Positions 1 to 12,169 are shown, numbered from the stretch's first letter. The stretch: DNA of 64,000 bases from Candidatus Heimdallarchaeota archaeon (GCA_011364965.1 RDOB01000003.1:528939-592938), one strand, 5' to 3'. The notes: generated from the sequence alone by a model not told the origin. Translations and numbers: made by a program.

Positions 1-1053
1 AACAATTTCATGTAAAGTAGCTCCAGTTTCTTTTACGATTTTCCCAGCTCGAGTCACATCTAGCTCAAAATCAGATACAAGTCTGAAATATCCTGGTTGT
101 ATTCTCATAAGATATTTTGCTAGTAAACGAAAAACTGGATTAAAATTAAGTAACATATCTTGAGCTTCTAGAATCTTTTTGACCTTGAGAACTACTTTCA
201 TCGCATCAGCTGCATGGATAGTGATTTGTTCTGGAAACCGATGTTTTGCTTTTGTGTTGTAAGAAAACTCAGCTTGGAGAAAATCAAACTCCCCAGTACT
301 GAGAATTACATCCTGTCCCTCAGCAAGCATCAGTACCTTAACTTGATGATTAGCTACCTTTTCATTACATTGAATAAAGGCATAGGAAACTGTAAAATTC
401 TCGGAATATATTCGCCCCCACATCCAGTAATTAATAATGCTCTGAAAAGGAAAATTTAACCAGTTATGGTCATGGTAACCTATTCCTGTAACTTCAATTG
501 TATTATTTCCCTCTGTAATCGTCCCTTCTACTTTTGCACGTGCAAAAGGAACAACCCAACCAAAATATCCCATATTTCCAAAATGACTAAGCCCCGAACC
601 TGGTTTCCAGCCATTGACTTCAGCTTTATAAATGATATGACATGCAAGACCTTTCTCGTTAACATAGATTTCATAAACTGGTAATTCATTAGTTCCTTTT
701 TCCACTCGGAGTTTATTCTTCCCTATCGTGACTTCAGGTTTATCCTGAGAAGCACTGAAATCCGATTTACTATAAGTTACGACTTTTTGAATTCGTTTTC
801 CATCAGGTTTGATCAGAGTGATTTCAACACCGATTTTGCCTTGTAGCAGACCAGGATTGGGATATTTTGCATAGAAAAACACCACAAGAGTGTATCCGTT
901 GTCTAGATGAGCATCAAAATACCACCATTCATACATACCCCTTTTATTCATATCTATATGCAAACTATCCTCTGATAACGGTAGAACTTTAATCCGTGTG
1001 TCATATTTTCCAGGGCCTGTCCAGCCTTCATTAACTTCAGTGTTTTTCGTCAC
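1..1053 (-). CDS. CrtC/AttH-like (hydroxyneurosporene synthase-like) hydratase, 3' end runs off the window
   Basis: Not in the ORF track. Manual translation from GTG 1053 (AGGTG upstream) is open to base 1 and contains YEWWYFDAHLDNG, WKPG and GYHDHNW. Confidence 0.75.
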   Translation of the reverse strand, partial: MTKNTEVNEGWTGPGKYDTRIKVLPLSEDSLHIDMNKRGMYEWWYFDAHLDNGYTLVVFFYAKYPNPGLLQGKIGVEITLIKPDGKRIQKVVTYSKSDFSASQDKPEVTIGKNKLRVEKGTNELPVYEIYVNEKGLACHIIYKAEVNGWKPGSGLSHFGNMGYFGWVVPFARAKVEGTITEGNNTIEVTGIGYHDHNWLNFPFQSIINYWMWGRIYSENFTVSYAFIQCNEKVANHQVKVLMLAEGQDVILSTGEFDFLQAEFSYNTKAKHRFPEQITIHAADAMKVVLKVKKILEAQDMLLNFNPVFRLLAKYLMRIQPGYFRLVSDFELDVTRAGKIVKETGATLHEIV

Positions 1054-1521
1054 TTTTAGCACCTGAATTTCTTTTCAAAGTCTTAGAACGCGTGGAAAAT
1101 GATTCTTGATTTAATTCATTATATAGTTGTTGTGATTACATTCTAGCTTATATCTATAAAATACAATAATACTTTTCTAAGTCCCTTTTCAGGATTAATA
1201 CGTGATTTTCGGTTTCAATTATCTGCATTATTAGTGATTAACCGCACTATAAGGAGTAACATTTGAGTAGATAAGAAACGAGCACCAAAATCTGCATTAT
1301 GATGAAAATCTTCTCGTTGGTGGTTCAAATGATGAGTAATTCGTCAATATTCCTCGTAAATTCTCTTTAATAAAAAAGTTGAAACGGGAGGATTAGCTGG
1401 AAATGACTCATTTGTTGGGTGTTTTAACTCTCTTGGGAATTATAATTCTGAAATGCAAATCTTCAAGATTGATAGCTAATGATAATTTTATACCCAATAC
1501 TTTTATCTGTCGTGGATTGAA

Positions 1522-2685
1522 ATGCTTGAAGAGCTCTTAAAAAAACTTGACTTAAACTATACGTTGAAATTACTGAAAAATATAATCCAAATAAATTCTA
1601 CTGTCGGAAATGAGGGAGAATTGGTAGAATTTCTCAAAAATGAATTGGAATCCTTAGGTTTGAAATGCACACTCGACGAAGTAGAACCAAATAGGCCAAA
1701 TATTTATTCAAAGTTAATTGGTATAAATCCAGGAAAGAAAATTAACTATAACGGTCATACTGACACAATTCCTGTTGTTGATGGATGGGAAACAGATCCG
1801 TTTGAACCTATCATAAACAACGGAAAATTATATGGCTTAGGCGCTTGCGATATGAAAGCAGGTATTGCTTGTGCAATAAATATGTTACGAGCTTTCGTTG
1901 AATCAGATTATACATTCAATGGGGAACTTTCTTTTTCTGGAGTAATTGATGAAGAAGCTTTTGGAAAAGGAGCAAAAGCAATGCTTTCCCATTCTGAATT
2001 TAAAAATGTAGATGCAATAGTATTAGGTGAACCATATCCTGGGGATGAAATACAACCCATTCCTCTAGGCATTACTGGAAAAATATTGTATGATATCACA
2101 GTCAAAGGAAAAGCAGCACATGCATTTAGGCCATATTTAGGAATTAATGCAATTGAGGAGTTAGGAAAAATCATAACAAACCTTGATAAACTAAATTTCA
2201 AGAACCACCCCGATTTCGGTAAAGGGAATTACTCCACGTTGAAGATTGAGGGTGGATATGAAATTTATTCAGTTGTAGTACCTGCGTTTGCGCGTATGGA
2301 AGTAAATCGATTATTAGTCCCTGGCGAGACTGCTCAGTCTGCTATAGATGATATGAATAATTTAATAGAATCCATAAATCTTTCCTCTCAAGTAACAGTT
2401 GAAATTAAACCTCCTCTTTATCAAGCATATATTAGTGATAGAAATGATCTTATTTTCCGAGTGTTTGACAAGGTTTATCGTAGTGTTATGGGGAAAGCCC
2501 CATTCTATGAGTATACTTCTGGCATTACTGATGCTAATATCTTTGCTGGAGAAGGAAATATTCCATGTCTTCACTTAGGGCCGCACCAAGAGACAGCTCA
2601 CCAAAAAAACGAATATATTTCGTTAGATTGCTTGGAACCATTATCCAAAATGTATGCTTTAATTGCCATGAATTTTCTTGAATAA
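1522..2685 (+). CDS. M20 metallopeptidase (ArgE/DapE-like)
   Basis: NGHTD, GACDMK, DEE, GEP, GKAAHA and AHQKNE metal-binding motifs. Confidence 0.92.
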   Translation: MLEELLKKLDLNYTLKLLKNIIQINSTVGNEGELVEFLKNELESLGLKCTLDEVEPNRPNIYSKLIGINPGKKINYNGHTDTIPVVDGWETDPFEPIINNGKLYGLGACDMKAGIACAINMLRAFVESDYTFNGELSFSGVIDEEAFGKGAKAMLSHSEFKNVDAIVLGEPYPGDEIQPIPLGITGKILYDITVKGKAAHAFRPYLGINAIEELGKIITNLDKLNFKNHPDFGKGNYSTLKIEGGYEIYSVVVPAFARMEVNRLLVPGETAQSAIDDMNNLIESINLSSQVTVEIKPPLYQAYISDRNDLIFRVFDKVYRSVMGKAPFYEYTSGITDANIFAGEGNIPCLHLGPHQETAHQKNEYISLDCLEPLSKMYALIAMNFLE

Positions 2686-2852
2686 TTCGCTTTTTCTCTT
2701 ATTAAATAAAATATGTATTCTGGTTAGTTAGAAGAAAACAAATCAAAATAATAAATAATCTATAGCGAGGGGAGATAACAAATCAACCTATATAGAGGAA
2801 GGTCAGGAAACATAAAAAGAGAAATCCTCATGATGGAAAAAAGGTGTTAAAA

Positions 2853-3221
2853 ATGAACTATCTAGCTGGTTTAATGATATGTGAAATGGAATCAGAACAA
2901 AAAGCTCAAAAAAATGCAGAAAAAATGAAAAATTGTCCAAAATTACTAAGTTGTGGGATAACTGATACCACATATTATGGGTTTTATATTAGTCAAGCTG
3001 GAACAGAATGGTGGTTTGAAATCCCGGTAGAAAAACCAGATTTATTGGGAGCGAAAAAAATCCGCATCGAAATGATTCAAAAGCTCATAATACCAGATGA
3101 TTTTAGTTTCAAAAACAAAAATGAACTTATAGATAATGAAACTACTCCTTGTGGATCAAACTGCTCAAAATGCCAAGCTAAAGATCAGTACTATTGTACG
3201 GGGTGTCCTGCATTATATTAA
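2853..3221 (+). CDS. Small hypothetical protein with C-terminal Cys cluster (putative metal-binding)
   Basis: PCGSNCSKC...YCTGCP. ATG 2853 follows AGGTG; the track starts at 2844. Confidence 0.6.
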   Translation: MNYLAGLMICEMESEQKAQKNAEKMKNCPKLLSCGITDTTYYGFYISQAGTEWWFEIPVEKPDLLGAKKIRIEMIQKLIIPDDFSFKNKNELIDNETTPCGSNCSKCQAKDQYYCTGCPALY

Positions 3222-3476
3222 GTGATTTACTTGTTTATTATCATTAAATGATGATTATTACACATTCGTTATACAATTCAAATGACTAAAGCCTTACTTG
3301 ATCCTCATTTCACATACAAAACTCTAATCATTAGTGAGACCTATTATATCATCCCATTAATTTCAAAAAGTCTCGTACTATTATTTGGAACGAATTTTTC
3401 AGTAAATTCCTCCTCTTGATCCATCTATAAGGATATCCAATTTTAAAAGGGTGATTTCCATAGGAAACATAGAAAG

Positions 3477-4229
3477 ATGAATATAGAAGAAAGAAAAAAT
3501 CAAGGTGCTGATATAGAATCATTTGATAATGTGACACTTACTAATAAAACTATAACACAAATATGTAAAGATGATCTCACGAATGAACCATTAAGAAAGT
3601 ACTATCGGTTTAGATATTCAAAGCAGTTTTATGGGGGAATAGTAACAGGAGATATCGTTGGATGTAATTTACGCTGCGCGTATTGTTGGTCCCAAAAAAC
3701 AGCATGGTATCCACAAAAAGGATCATGGCAGAGCGTAGATCAAGTAGTAAAAATATTATTAAATCTCGCTAACAACAATCATTGCGAAAAGATTAGACTA
3801 AGCGGAGGGGAACCCACTCTTTGTCGAAAACATTTGATAACCATCATTCAACAACTACCTGATCACTTTTCTTTCATTTTAGAAACAAATGGAATTCTGT
3901 TAACAAACAAAGAGTACATTCAGGAATTGGAAACTTTAACTAATCCCCCTTATGTGAGAATTAGCTTAAAAGCAGGACAAACACTTTATTCCAGAATCAC
4001 AGGGGCTTCACTTGAAGCATATAGAGCACAACTTCAAACAATTAAAATTCTAAAACACTCATCTTTACAGTTTAATGTGGCCATTATAGCTGAATTTTTC
4101 ACTTCTGAAGAAATACGGAAAATTGAACGATTGATAGCACCTAAAAGACTAGAAAGAGAGCAATTGATTGTCTATCCTTTTGTTAGAGAAACTCTGAGAA
4201 AGAGGGGATTAGAATCTTTAGGAATTTGA
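3477..4229 (+). CDS. Radical SAM protein, archaeal type
   Basis: CNLRCAYC, SGGEP, ETNG. Confidence 0.9.
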   Translation: MNIEERKNQGADIESFDNVTLTNKTITQICKDDLTNEPLRKYYRFRYSKQFYGGIVTGDIVGCNLRCAYCWSQKTAWYPQKGSWQSVDQVVKILLNLANNNHCEKIRLSGGEPTLCRKHLITIIQQLPDHFSFILETNGILLTNKEYIQELETLTNPPYVRISLKAGQTLYSRITGASLEAYRAQLQTIKILKHSSLQFNVAIIAEFFTSEEIRKIERLIAPKRLEREQLIVYPFVRETLRKRGLESLGI

Positions 4230-4386
4230 AGAGCTGAAGCTAAGCTGTATGGTAATCATTATCCAAGATGTTCAATACGAAGGATTACACTGGAGATTTA
4301 ATTGATTCATGGAATATAACCAAAGTATATCCGACTCCATTTGGGAAGAAAGTTGTGAATAACTTCATCTCTTTGGAATTTAAAAA

Positions 4387-5285
4387 TCAGACTCTCTTCT
4401 TGCGTTTGGTTTGAATTTTATCCCATACAAAACCCAATGCAATGTTTAGATTTCGAAGTACATGAATCATTAATGATATCTTCAAATAAATGATTCTAAG
4501 CCTTCGTATAATCCATGATTGGTTTTTTATAATAGCTATCTCATAAATTAAGTAAGTATCAGAGTTTTCGCTTCTCGCACAGATTCTTCCCAATGGATTA
4601 GAAATAGTAATGTGACCATTCCAAAATTGTTTTCCCTCTACTCCATAACGATTAGCACTGACAATCCAAGCGTTATAATTTTTAGCATTATAACCGACAC
4701 CGAAAGCCTTGGGATCTTTTTCGTCAGCAAGGCTGTGAAGTATTAAATCAAGTTGTTTTCTCTTTAGCTCCTTTGAAACACGATGATTTTGGATATCATA
4801 GCAGATTATAATGCCAGTTTTAATGCTTTTGATGTTAAGTATCGTGACAAGGGTAGATCCAGGAACAAAGGTTGATGACTTCAAATAATTTTTACGATGA
4901 ACGGCAAGAATGTCCCCAGTTCTATCAATAAACACCTGAGAATTATAGATTCTCCCATTCTCAGATTCGGTCATACCACACAAATCATTACCCCATATTT
5001 TCTGGCTAACTCTGCTACAAAATTCGTCTCCTTTCCTGGGATGGATTTGGAAATTCTTTGATGGTACCCCTTGTTATCTTCAGGATAATTATACCAACCC
5101 AAGATTGCCTCACCAAATAAAATTAATTCAACATCGGGTTCAACTGTTAGAATTTGTTTAATGTAATGTTTAATTGTTTGAAGATTTTTTTCTGGAGAAG
5201 GATCACATTTCATAGCAACAGTAGCAACTTTTAATGAAACATCAGCATTCTTTAAATTGTACAGAAAACGATCTAAAATAGACAT
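4387..5285 (-). pseudogene. Carbon-nitrogen hydrolase (nitrilase family), split by a frameshift near 4975
   Basis: Catalytic Glu (LFGE) is in ORF 4971-5285; Lys (HRK) and Cys (ICYD) are in ORF 4387-4983. The two ORFs overlap in shifted frames. Confidence 0.8.
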
Positions 5286-5875
5286 CTTGTTAGCAGCCAG
5301 AAAAAAGAGGTTTTATAATCACTAATTTCTATAGAGGTTTATGGAATCATCCCACTTAGTATATGATATAAAAATTTATTTCGATGCAAACGAAAAAAAT
5401 TGAAAATGGCTGATGGCGTTGGCTAGGTTAAGGTAAGTACAAACTAGGGTAAATATTGTCTTCTTAAACCGATGATCTCTTTACATTTACAATTGTTATA
5501 AATAAACTTGGATATCCTGCTATAAAATTCAATCGACTAGAGATACAATTTCCATTTAATCTGATCCTAATGAATAAATATCTCCTGAAATGAGAAGATT
5601 GCATAAAATCCAGATATTATTTGTGGGAACACTAGAGAAGAGACTAAGAATAGCTTTTTCTAGAAGGCACGGATGTGTATGATTGAGTTTATTACTTACG
5701 TCTGGTTATACGACGCTTAATTAAAGGAAAATACAACATTCATATCCTAAAAACTGCTAAGCATGGCGTATTCTTTTCAAACATAAAAAAATTCCATTTA
5801 GGATGTAAAATTTGCTCATAGAGTTGAAATGCTTAATTACCACAATGAAATCGTTTATAATGATAGGGAGAAAAT

Positions 5876-7228
5876 TTGGATTTAATCATGAACGAGACTG
5901 ATCCCCCGTCATACCTCCAGAATTTGAGAAAAGTTTTCCAGTCACGAAATTATGTGGTAATTCTTCTTACAAACTATACGGGATCACTTTTTCTTGCAGC
6001 ATGGATATATCTAAATTTATTTTTTAGAGACGTCGGAATAAGCTATCTAGAATTAGGAATAGCAAACGGATGGTCAATGCTTATTGGTTTATTTTTCACT
6101 ATGATTGGGGGATATTGGGCAGATAAATACATTCATCACAGACGTTATATGGCCACTTTTAATAAATTCTTTATCGCTATAGCGATGTTATTAATGCCTT
6201 TTGTCGACACATTCACTAGCTTAGTATTTGTATGGACTGTTTTCTCATTTGCACAATTCTGTCAAGCATCCATTGATCCTATCCTATTTGAATCTTTACC
6301 AAAGGAACAGATGGGAACTGGTACGAGTCTTTTTACATTAACAGGAGTTTTTGGAGTCCTAGGCCTTGTTCTAGTAGGATTTTTGATTACTGATGGGTTT
6401 GTTGAAGGTCTTCGGACATTTTTTTTCATGGCGGGGATTGCGAGTATGGTAGATTTCTTCATTCGATTACGCTTTTTGGAGCAAATAAAGATAGATAATC
6501 TAGGGAAAATGAATAAAAAAAATGGACTGGCTCAAGATTTAATAATGCAGTATTCTACTGGACTGAAAGTAATGTTAGCAGCGATTCCGCTTTTATTCGT
6601 AGTATTTCTTTTAGATGTAGCCAGTGATATTAATTATCAATTCGCTCAAAATTTTTTTCTTAATGAAGAGGTAGGAATGAACTATAACACACTAAATTAT
6701 ACGATGATAGGGTCAACAATCTTGGGGATTTTAGGTGGATTAGCTGCAGGAGGGCTTCTAGATCGAACAACCAACGACGCTAAAATCATGTTTTTAGCAT
6801 ACTTTTTTTTACCATTTTCTATATTTCTACTATTCAATTCTCCTATATTACCTACTTGGATTAATTTTCAATCTAGTGAACTTTTATTGGCACTCATTTC
6901 TAGTACAGCTTTTATTGCGGTGGTAATCAAAGCAGGTAATGATGTTATATGGAGGACAATAGCATGGGGAGCTGTTGGAAGAAAATTACCTCGAGAACAT
7001 ACAGGAAAGGTAATGGCAATATTGGGAATGGCTATACAAACACTAGGAGTAATACTAAGCCCAATAGCTGGATTCATTTATGAACAGGAAGGAGGAGGAC
7101 GGTTATTGATTATCGCAATGGGAATAAACACTATTATTCTTTTTCTGTTACTGATTAGCTGGATAAGGAGTCGAAGTGAGTCGTACAAGCAAAAACAAGC
7201 TGCTTTACCAGTCGTGGGAGAAATTTAA
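5876..7228 (+). CDS. MFS transporter
   Basis: About 12 hydrophobic segments; GGYWADK and GGLLDR loop motifs. Confidence 0.88.
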   Translation: MDLIMNETDPPSYLQNLRKVFQSRNYVVILLTNYTGSLFLAAWIYLNLFFRDVGISYLELGIANGWSMLIGLFFTMIGGYWADKYIHHRRYMATFNKFFIAIAMLLMPFVDTFTSLVFVWTVFSFAQFCQASIDPILFESLPKEQMGTGTSLFTLTGVFGVLGLVLVGFLITDGFVEGLRTFFFMAGIASMVDFFIRLRFLEQIKIDNLGKMNKKNGLAQDLIMQYSTGLKVMLAAIPLLFVVFLLDVASDINYQFAQNFFLNEEVGMNYNTLNYTMIGSTILGILGGLAAGGLLDRTTNDAKIMFLAYFFLPFSIFLLFNSPILPTWINFQSSELLLALISSTAFIAVVIKAGNDVIWRTIAWGAVGRKLPREHTGKVMAILGMAIQTLGVILSPIAGFIYEQEGGGRLLIIAMGINTIILFLLLISWIRSRSESYKQKQAALPVVGEI

Positions 7229-7255
7229 ATGGAACTAGAGCTGAGAATGCTGAAT

Positions 7256-7480
7256 TCAATAAATAAAAAAAGAACTCAAAATTAATTCAGAATCGGGTAC
7301 TGCACCAAAAAAAGGCAAATGTAACATCCTACCCAATACAATAGGATCCTTGTATTCATCATAAATATTTTTACAGAATTTTAGTATATCTGTTATAACC
7401 AGATAATTTATAGTAATTTTAAAAGCATTAGATATATCATCAGTTTTAAAATATCCACTGACTTCTATAAAGTATTTCAC
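7256..7480 (-). CDS. Short hypothetical ORF or gene remnant
   Basis: 74 aa, directly downstream of the NTF2-like gene; no recognisable motif. Confidence 0.3.
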   Translation of the reverse strand: MKYFIEVSGYFKTDDISNAFKITINYLVITDILKFCKNIYDEYKDPIVLGRMLHLPFFGAVPDSELILSSFFIY

Positions 7481-7499
7481 AAAGGTTTTCCTTCTGTTT

Positions 7500-7883
7500 C
7501 TATTCTAACGGTTGAGAGAGTTTATGAACAATCCACCAGCGCTTATCGATTTTCATTAGATTAAAGTAATCTAAATACCCAAATCTTTGATTCTTGATGG
7601 TTAACTTGACTTGAGCATTATTCTTGAAAATGTCGACATAATGAAACTCAGTAATCCACTTAAGACTGGAATCAACAGTATTAGGATCATACCAGCTGTA
7701 ATATTCCGTTTTATCAACGATTTTGAGATTATTATTCTCATCAAACATGAAAAATTTCCATTCAGGATGGAGGATTTTTTCATAGAGGTCAGGGTCAGCT
7801 ACAACGTGGCCTTCATGGTAGAAATTCATAATAGCTTTTTTAATTGACGCAATTTCATTAGCACTTGAAGAATCAGCTTTCAC
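7500..7883 (-). CDS. NTF2-like / putative lumazine-binding family protein
   Basis: AQVKL...YLDYFNLMKIDKRWWIVHK terminus. Confidence 0.8.
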   Translation of the reverse strand: MKADSSSANEIASIKKAIMNFYHEGHVVADPDLYEKILHPEWKFFMFDENNNLKIVDKTEYYSWYDPNTVDSSLKWITEFHYVDIFKNNAQVKLTIKNQRFGYLDYFNLMKIDKRWWIVHKLSQPLE

Positions 7884-8116
7884 TTTTAATACACCTTGAG
7901 TAAAGTGATTTCCAAAAATAATCCTTTGAGTTGTATTAAAATGATACTGTTTCGGTAAACATTATCGTTTCCTAAATTTAAAGAGAAAAGAGCGACATAA
8001 GGATTTTCACTCAAGATTAATACACACTTCCTAAAGTTTAAAAAAAAGTCTATTCTCCTTCTCTATTCATTTTTCAAATAATTATTTATTGATAATAAAG
8101 GAATTGGGGAAAAAAA

Positions 8117-8893
8117 ATGACGGATTATTTATTTAGAATTATTATGATTAGTTATATAGCAGTTCTAGGGATTTTTTTATATTTTTTTGCTCAAAGTCCT
8201 GCTGAATTAGATAAAACGGATAACCCTCGGCAAGCGTTAACAATAATCTTTCTTTTGTTTGTCTGTCAATTTTTATACTTTGCATTAAGTATCTGGGTTT
8301 TAACCCCTATCTTCGAAAACTTAGGAATCGACTATTATTATATTTCGACTATATTTTCCACAATATTTTTTCTAATCCTCCCCATTATTATCCTGACTTC
8401 CAAATCTCATGATAATTTCTCTTTAAAAGAGATAGGCTTCTCAGTCCGTCATCTAAACAAAAATCAAATATACGTTATCCTAATTGCATTTGCAGGTTAT
8501 TTTGTTTATGGAATCTTGCGGGTTCTCTTGTTAGCACCATCGGAATCATTTTGGTGGGTAATAATAGTCTTAATGTTGTATTCCAACGCATTTGTAGAGG
8601 AGGTTTTTGGTAGAGGTTTCATTCAGTTGAAATTAGAAAGAGTATACGGGATCAATCGTGCCCTCATTTTACAGACGCTCTTGTTTGTTCTAATCCATAT
8701 TCCAAGTAATCTATACCGATATATCCAGTATCCTGATTTATTGAACCTAATTATTAATTTCTTATTTCAAGCGATCCATGGAGTCGTTTATGGATTGCTT
8801 TATTGGAAGACTCGAAGTATTTATCCATCAGTGATTGTCCATTATCTTACGAATTGGATGGGGCCAATCTATTTCCTGATCGTTAATAGTTGA
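8117..8893 (+). CDS. CPBP (CAAX/Abi) intramembrane protease
   Basis: EEVFGRG, FVLIH and HYLTN motifs in a multi-TM protein. Confidence 0.9.
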   Translation: MTDYLFRIIMISYIAVLGIFLYFFAQSPAELDKTDNPRQALTIIFLLFVCQFLYFALSIWVLTPIFENLGIDYYYISTIFSTIFFLILPIIILTSKSHDNFSLKEIGFSVRHLNKNQIYVILIAFAGYFVYGILRVLLLAPSESFWWVIIVLMLYSNAFVEEVFGRGFIQLKLERVYGINRALILQTLLFVLIHIPSNLYRYIQYPDLLNLIINFLFQAIHGVVYGLLYWKTRSIYPSVIVHYLTNWMGPIYFLIVNS

Positions 8894-9386
8894 TTATCAA
8901 GAATAAATGTTGAGTAAAATGCCAAGTTATGAAAAAATTGACATAAATTTACTTGTTGATTCTTACAACAGGTAACATCTTCTGAAATAGTTAAACTCCG
9001 GACGAAAAAATAAAGACTAATCCCTGAATAGACAAAATTTTTTTCCCAGCACACCTATAGTAAAGAAGTGTCTTTGAGTTCCTGATTATAATCCTAAAAC
9101 TGATCTTATTATTTCTATAACCTTTGCCCAAAAGAATATAGACATATTAATTCCCAATGGAATGCTTACAGCGATAATGAGGGGGAAAAAAGTCGTGGTT
9201 TGAAATGTTGGGAAAAAGTAAATACAATTAATAGATACCAACCAATAGAGGATGTTAATAATGATACATATAATATATATAATATGCTATAACCAAAAAT
9301 AACCAAAATTCTGATTTGATTATTAATAAATAATGAGTTTATAACTAGTTATTGAGAGTATTATTGCTCTAAAATGGTGATAAATC

Positions 9387-10430
9387 TTGAAAATAATTAG
9401 ATTAAATCACTCAAGAAGTCTGGTAATCCCTTTGATACCTATCTTACTTGTTCTTATTACTAATCTAAGTGGATGTTTACAGAATCCGAGTAACTTTAAT
9501 CCAGAATATGCAATATTCTATGATCCATTAGATAAAACTCAAGAACAGATACGAGTAATAAATATGAATTCCTCAAGTAATACCTTTTATCATCAAGACC
9601 AAATTCAAATCCTCGTAGGATTGAAGGATACCAGAGGGAATCTAGGAGTTAATTATACTCTCATAGTTGAAGTTGTATATCTTATTGGCTATTATAGAGA
9701 TGTCAAGAATTTAACAGAAAAACTCGGGATCCAGTTGATAACAAACAAATCTGGGATTGCACAATCTATATTTACTTACAATCAATATACCTGGCCAAGA
9801 GGAGTGAATACACAAGGATATTTTGAAGTTTCAAGTCCAGAGATAGCAAATACCACAGCACACTCCACTACAAGACTGTTTACTTTTAAATATACAGAAA
9901 TAAATCGAAATTCGACAATGGAAGGAGGAATAGATGTAATCTTAAATTTTGAGTCCAGAAATCTAATTGAGGAGGCGCAATCGGCAGATAATGAAACGAA
10001 TGATTTTATGGATATGATATATCAGGGTGTATTTGTAGGAAGTGAGGTGATCATCAATAAATCAACAATCGAAACTTACTCATCATTAACGGGAGCGCCA
10101 GAGAGAATATTCATTTATAGAGCATGGACATATTATTTCGATACTTATAATCTTTCCTGCGTACAAATTGTATCCTTGGGAATAGAAAAACTTAGAATAA
10201 GGTTTTTTGATATCGATATAGATGGATATGATGACTATAACTGGATTTCCACGTCTCCACAATTACCAGAGAATATTCCTAATGGATGGCTTATAATTCA
10301 ATATATGTCTAGTAGTTATCGAACGAACACGCTAAATGGGTATGGATTTGTCTGGAATCAAGTCGCAATTATAAATGGAGAGCTGCAACTTCAATGGTTA
10401 ATCTCAAGAAGGTATGCATGGGAAAGCTAA
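9387..10430 (+). CDS. Putative lipoprotein / secreted protein
   Basis: Hydrophobic N-terminus followed by lipobox-like LSGC; many N-x-S/T sites. Confidence 0.65.
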   Translation: MKIIRLNHSRSLVIPLIPILLVLITNLSGCLQNPSNFNPEYAIFYDPLDKTQEQIRVINMNSSSNTFYHQDQIQILVGLKDTRGNLGVNYTLIVEVVYLIGYYRDVKNLTEKLGIQLITNKSGIAQSIFTYNQYTWPRGVNTQGYFEVSSPEIANTTAHSTTRLFTFKYTEINRNSTMEGGIDVILNFESRNLIEEAQSADNETNDFMDMIYQGVFVGSEVIINKSTIETYSSLTGAPERIFIYRAWTYYFDTYNLSCVQIVSLGIEKLRIRFFDIDIDGYDDYNWISTSPQLPENIPNGWLIIQYMSSSYRTNTLNGYGFVWNQVAIINGELQLQWLISRRYAWES

Positions 10431-10785
10431 ACTGTTTAGAAAATCTTAATCGTATTTTAGGAGTTCTTGTTTCCAATTTACCCTAGTTAATAATCATTTA
10501 TCTTAATAATGCTCCAAGCTATCTCACAGGCTTCGGTAATATGATTCTTGTCCATTTTAATCACACCCTCAAAACGAAAGTTAAGTAAAGTAATGATTGG
10601 ATAGAAAGTGAAAGAAGTGAAAAGTGGAAGCGGAAGATCTTTTATAATATGTTCTTTTATGCAATCAAATCAATGTAAACAAAATTGATAATAATGACCT
10701 AGAATTAATTTTATCAGCATCTTCTCTCACAATGTAACCATTTTCAAAGTTTCCTGTTATTAAGACCTAGTGAGCTGCAGTAGTA

Positions 10786-11879
10786 CTATCTTTGAAGCTC
10801 CATTTTAAGGTCAGGGGGGAGAGATGGTAGGTAAGATCGAAACTGGGTTTTGTAATCATGTATAGGTGTCTGTTCTGCCTCTAGAGAACCTAGTTCTCCT
10901 CTTTGGATTCTTTGGTATAGATTTTTGACTCTAAAGATCTGAGCTCGTGTGATTAGTAATACTTCGGGAGCTCTTGCAAGTAATAAGACCAAACCAGCTA
11001 ATATTATAGCTTATCTGACTGAAAATAATTGATGCCATTCAAAATCTTTAGCTAGGGCAAGTAAATTTGTTACATCAAAAAGATAAACGATTTCTAAGAC
11101 TATACTGGAAAAACCAAAGACAATCCAGAAGATCCTTGAAATTTTTATCTTTTTTGTTTTGGCTTCTGGTTTTGTTACAATATAATTATAAACAAGGAAT
11201 AGAGGGATAGCATAGCTTAAAACTTTATATGGCTCATAAAATCCAGAAAAAGTTTCAGGTAATAAAATCAATAAATGATATGCTGGGGAAATTAAATTAA
11301 ATAAAAATTGCGGATCAAACCAATATTCAAAGGGAAGTAGATCCAACCAGAGTAAGGTTCTACCAACAGGCCACTTCAAAAAACCCTGACAAATTATCTC
11401 ATATAACATCCAGATGATCAAAATCTTTAAAAGTATATGATATTCCCTCCAAGGTCTTAATTTGATAGTATAGATAATAAGGGCAATCATTCCAAGATAG
11501 AAATTTACATGAGCTATCATAATTTCTGGTTCAAGAAAATCAGTCCAACCAAGACTATAGTTAATTCCGATAGGAGAAAAATATTCTCCCCATAATTGCC
11601 AAAAAAATATAGCATAGTAGCTGTGCCAAAAATATAAACAATCAGGAGAAGATATTGAATGGAATAAGTAAATCGATAATAAAGTATTAATCTATATATA
11701 CAAAATCCCCCTAAAACTATTGTAAGTATATATGTAATCATATATATATCAGGAGTCCTGAAAAATAAAGGATTGACAAGAGATTCGAAATTTCGGAGAA
11801 TATTGGAGAATAAAGCACCAAAAGAGACAAAACCATATATATAGAACCCATAAAGCAAAGCTTGTTCAAATTTATCCAT
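10786..11879 (-). pseudogene. Multi-pass membrane protein, probably one gene broken into three ORFs
   Basis: ORF 11011-11520 ends in TAA and the same frame continues AIILAG into ORF 10786-10992. The first two ORFs overlap by 4 nt, which could be a frameshift or translational coupling. Confidence 0.55.
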
Positions 11880-12169
11880 AGAGAGGACCCCTTTTCACCC
11901 ACCTGCGTATTTTTGTTAGTGGTAAAATCAGGGAAATGATATTGTTATACCAGTCGTTATTTAAAAAAATATTTCTTGTATTCGTTTCTCCTGTAAAAAT
12001 TTCGCTTTGAAGAATATTGATGAAATTTCTATCATGATTTCTTTAATTCGATATTGAATGGTAAAAATATGGGTGTACGGGTTTTATAGTCTATCTAGTT
12101 TAGACCTAGTACGATTAGATAAAGATTCAAGGTTGAGAAATATCGCTAAACTCATAAAAGAGGTTTCGG

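Noticed and set aside
214-684. Plus-strand ORFs 214-459 and 466-684, and the many other short antisense or nested ORFs in the track
   Set aside because: They are shadows of longer motif-bearing genes on the opposite strand or in another frame
9085-9310. Hydrophobic minus-strand stretch as a small membrane gene
   Set aside because: The frame breaks midway and there is no recognisable family; at most debris
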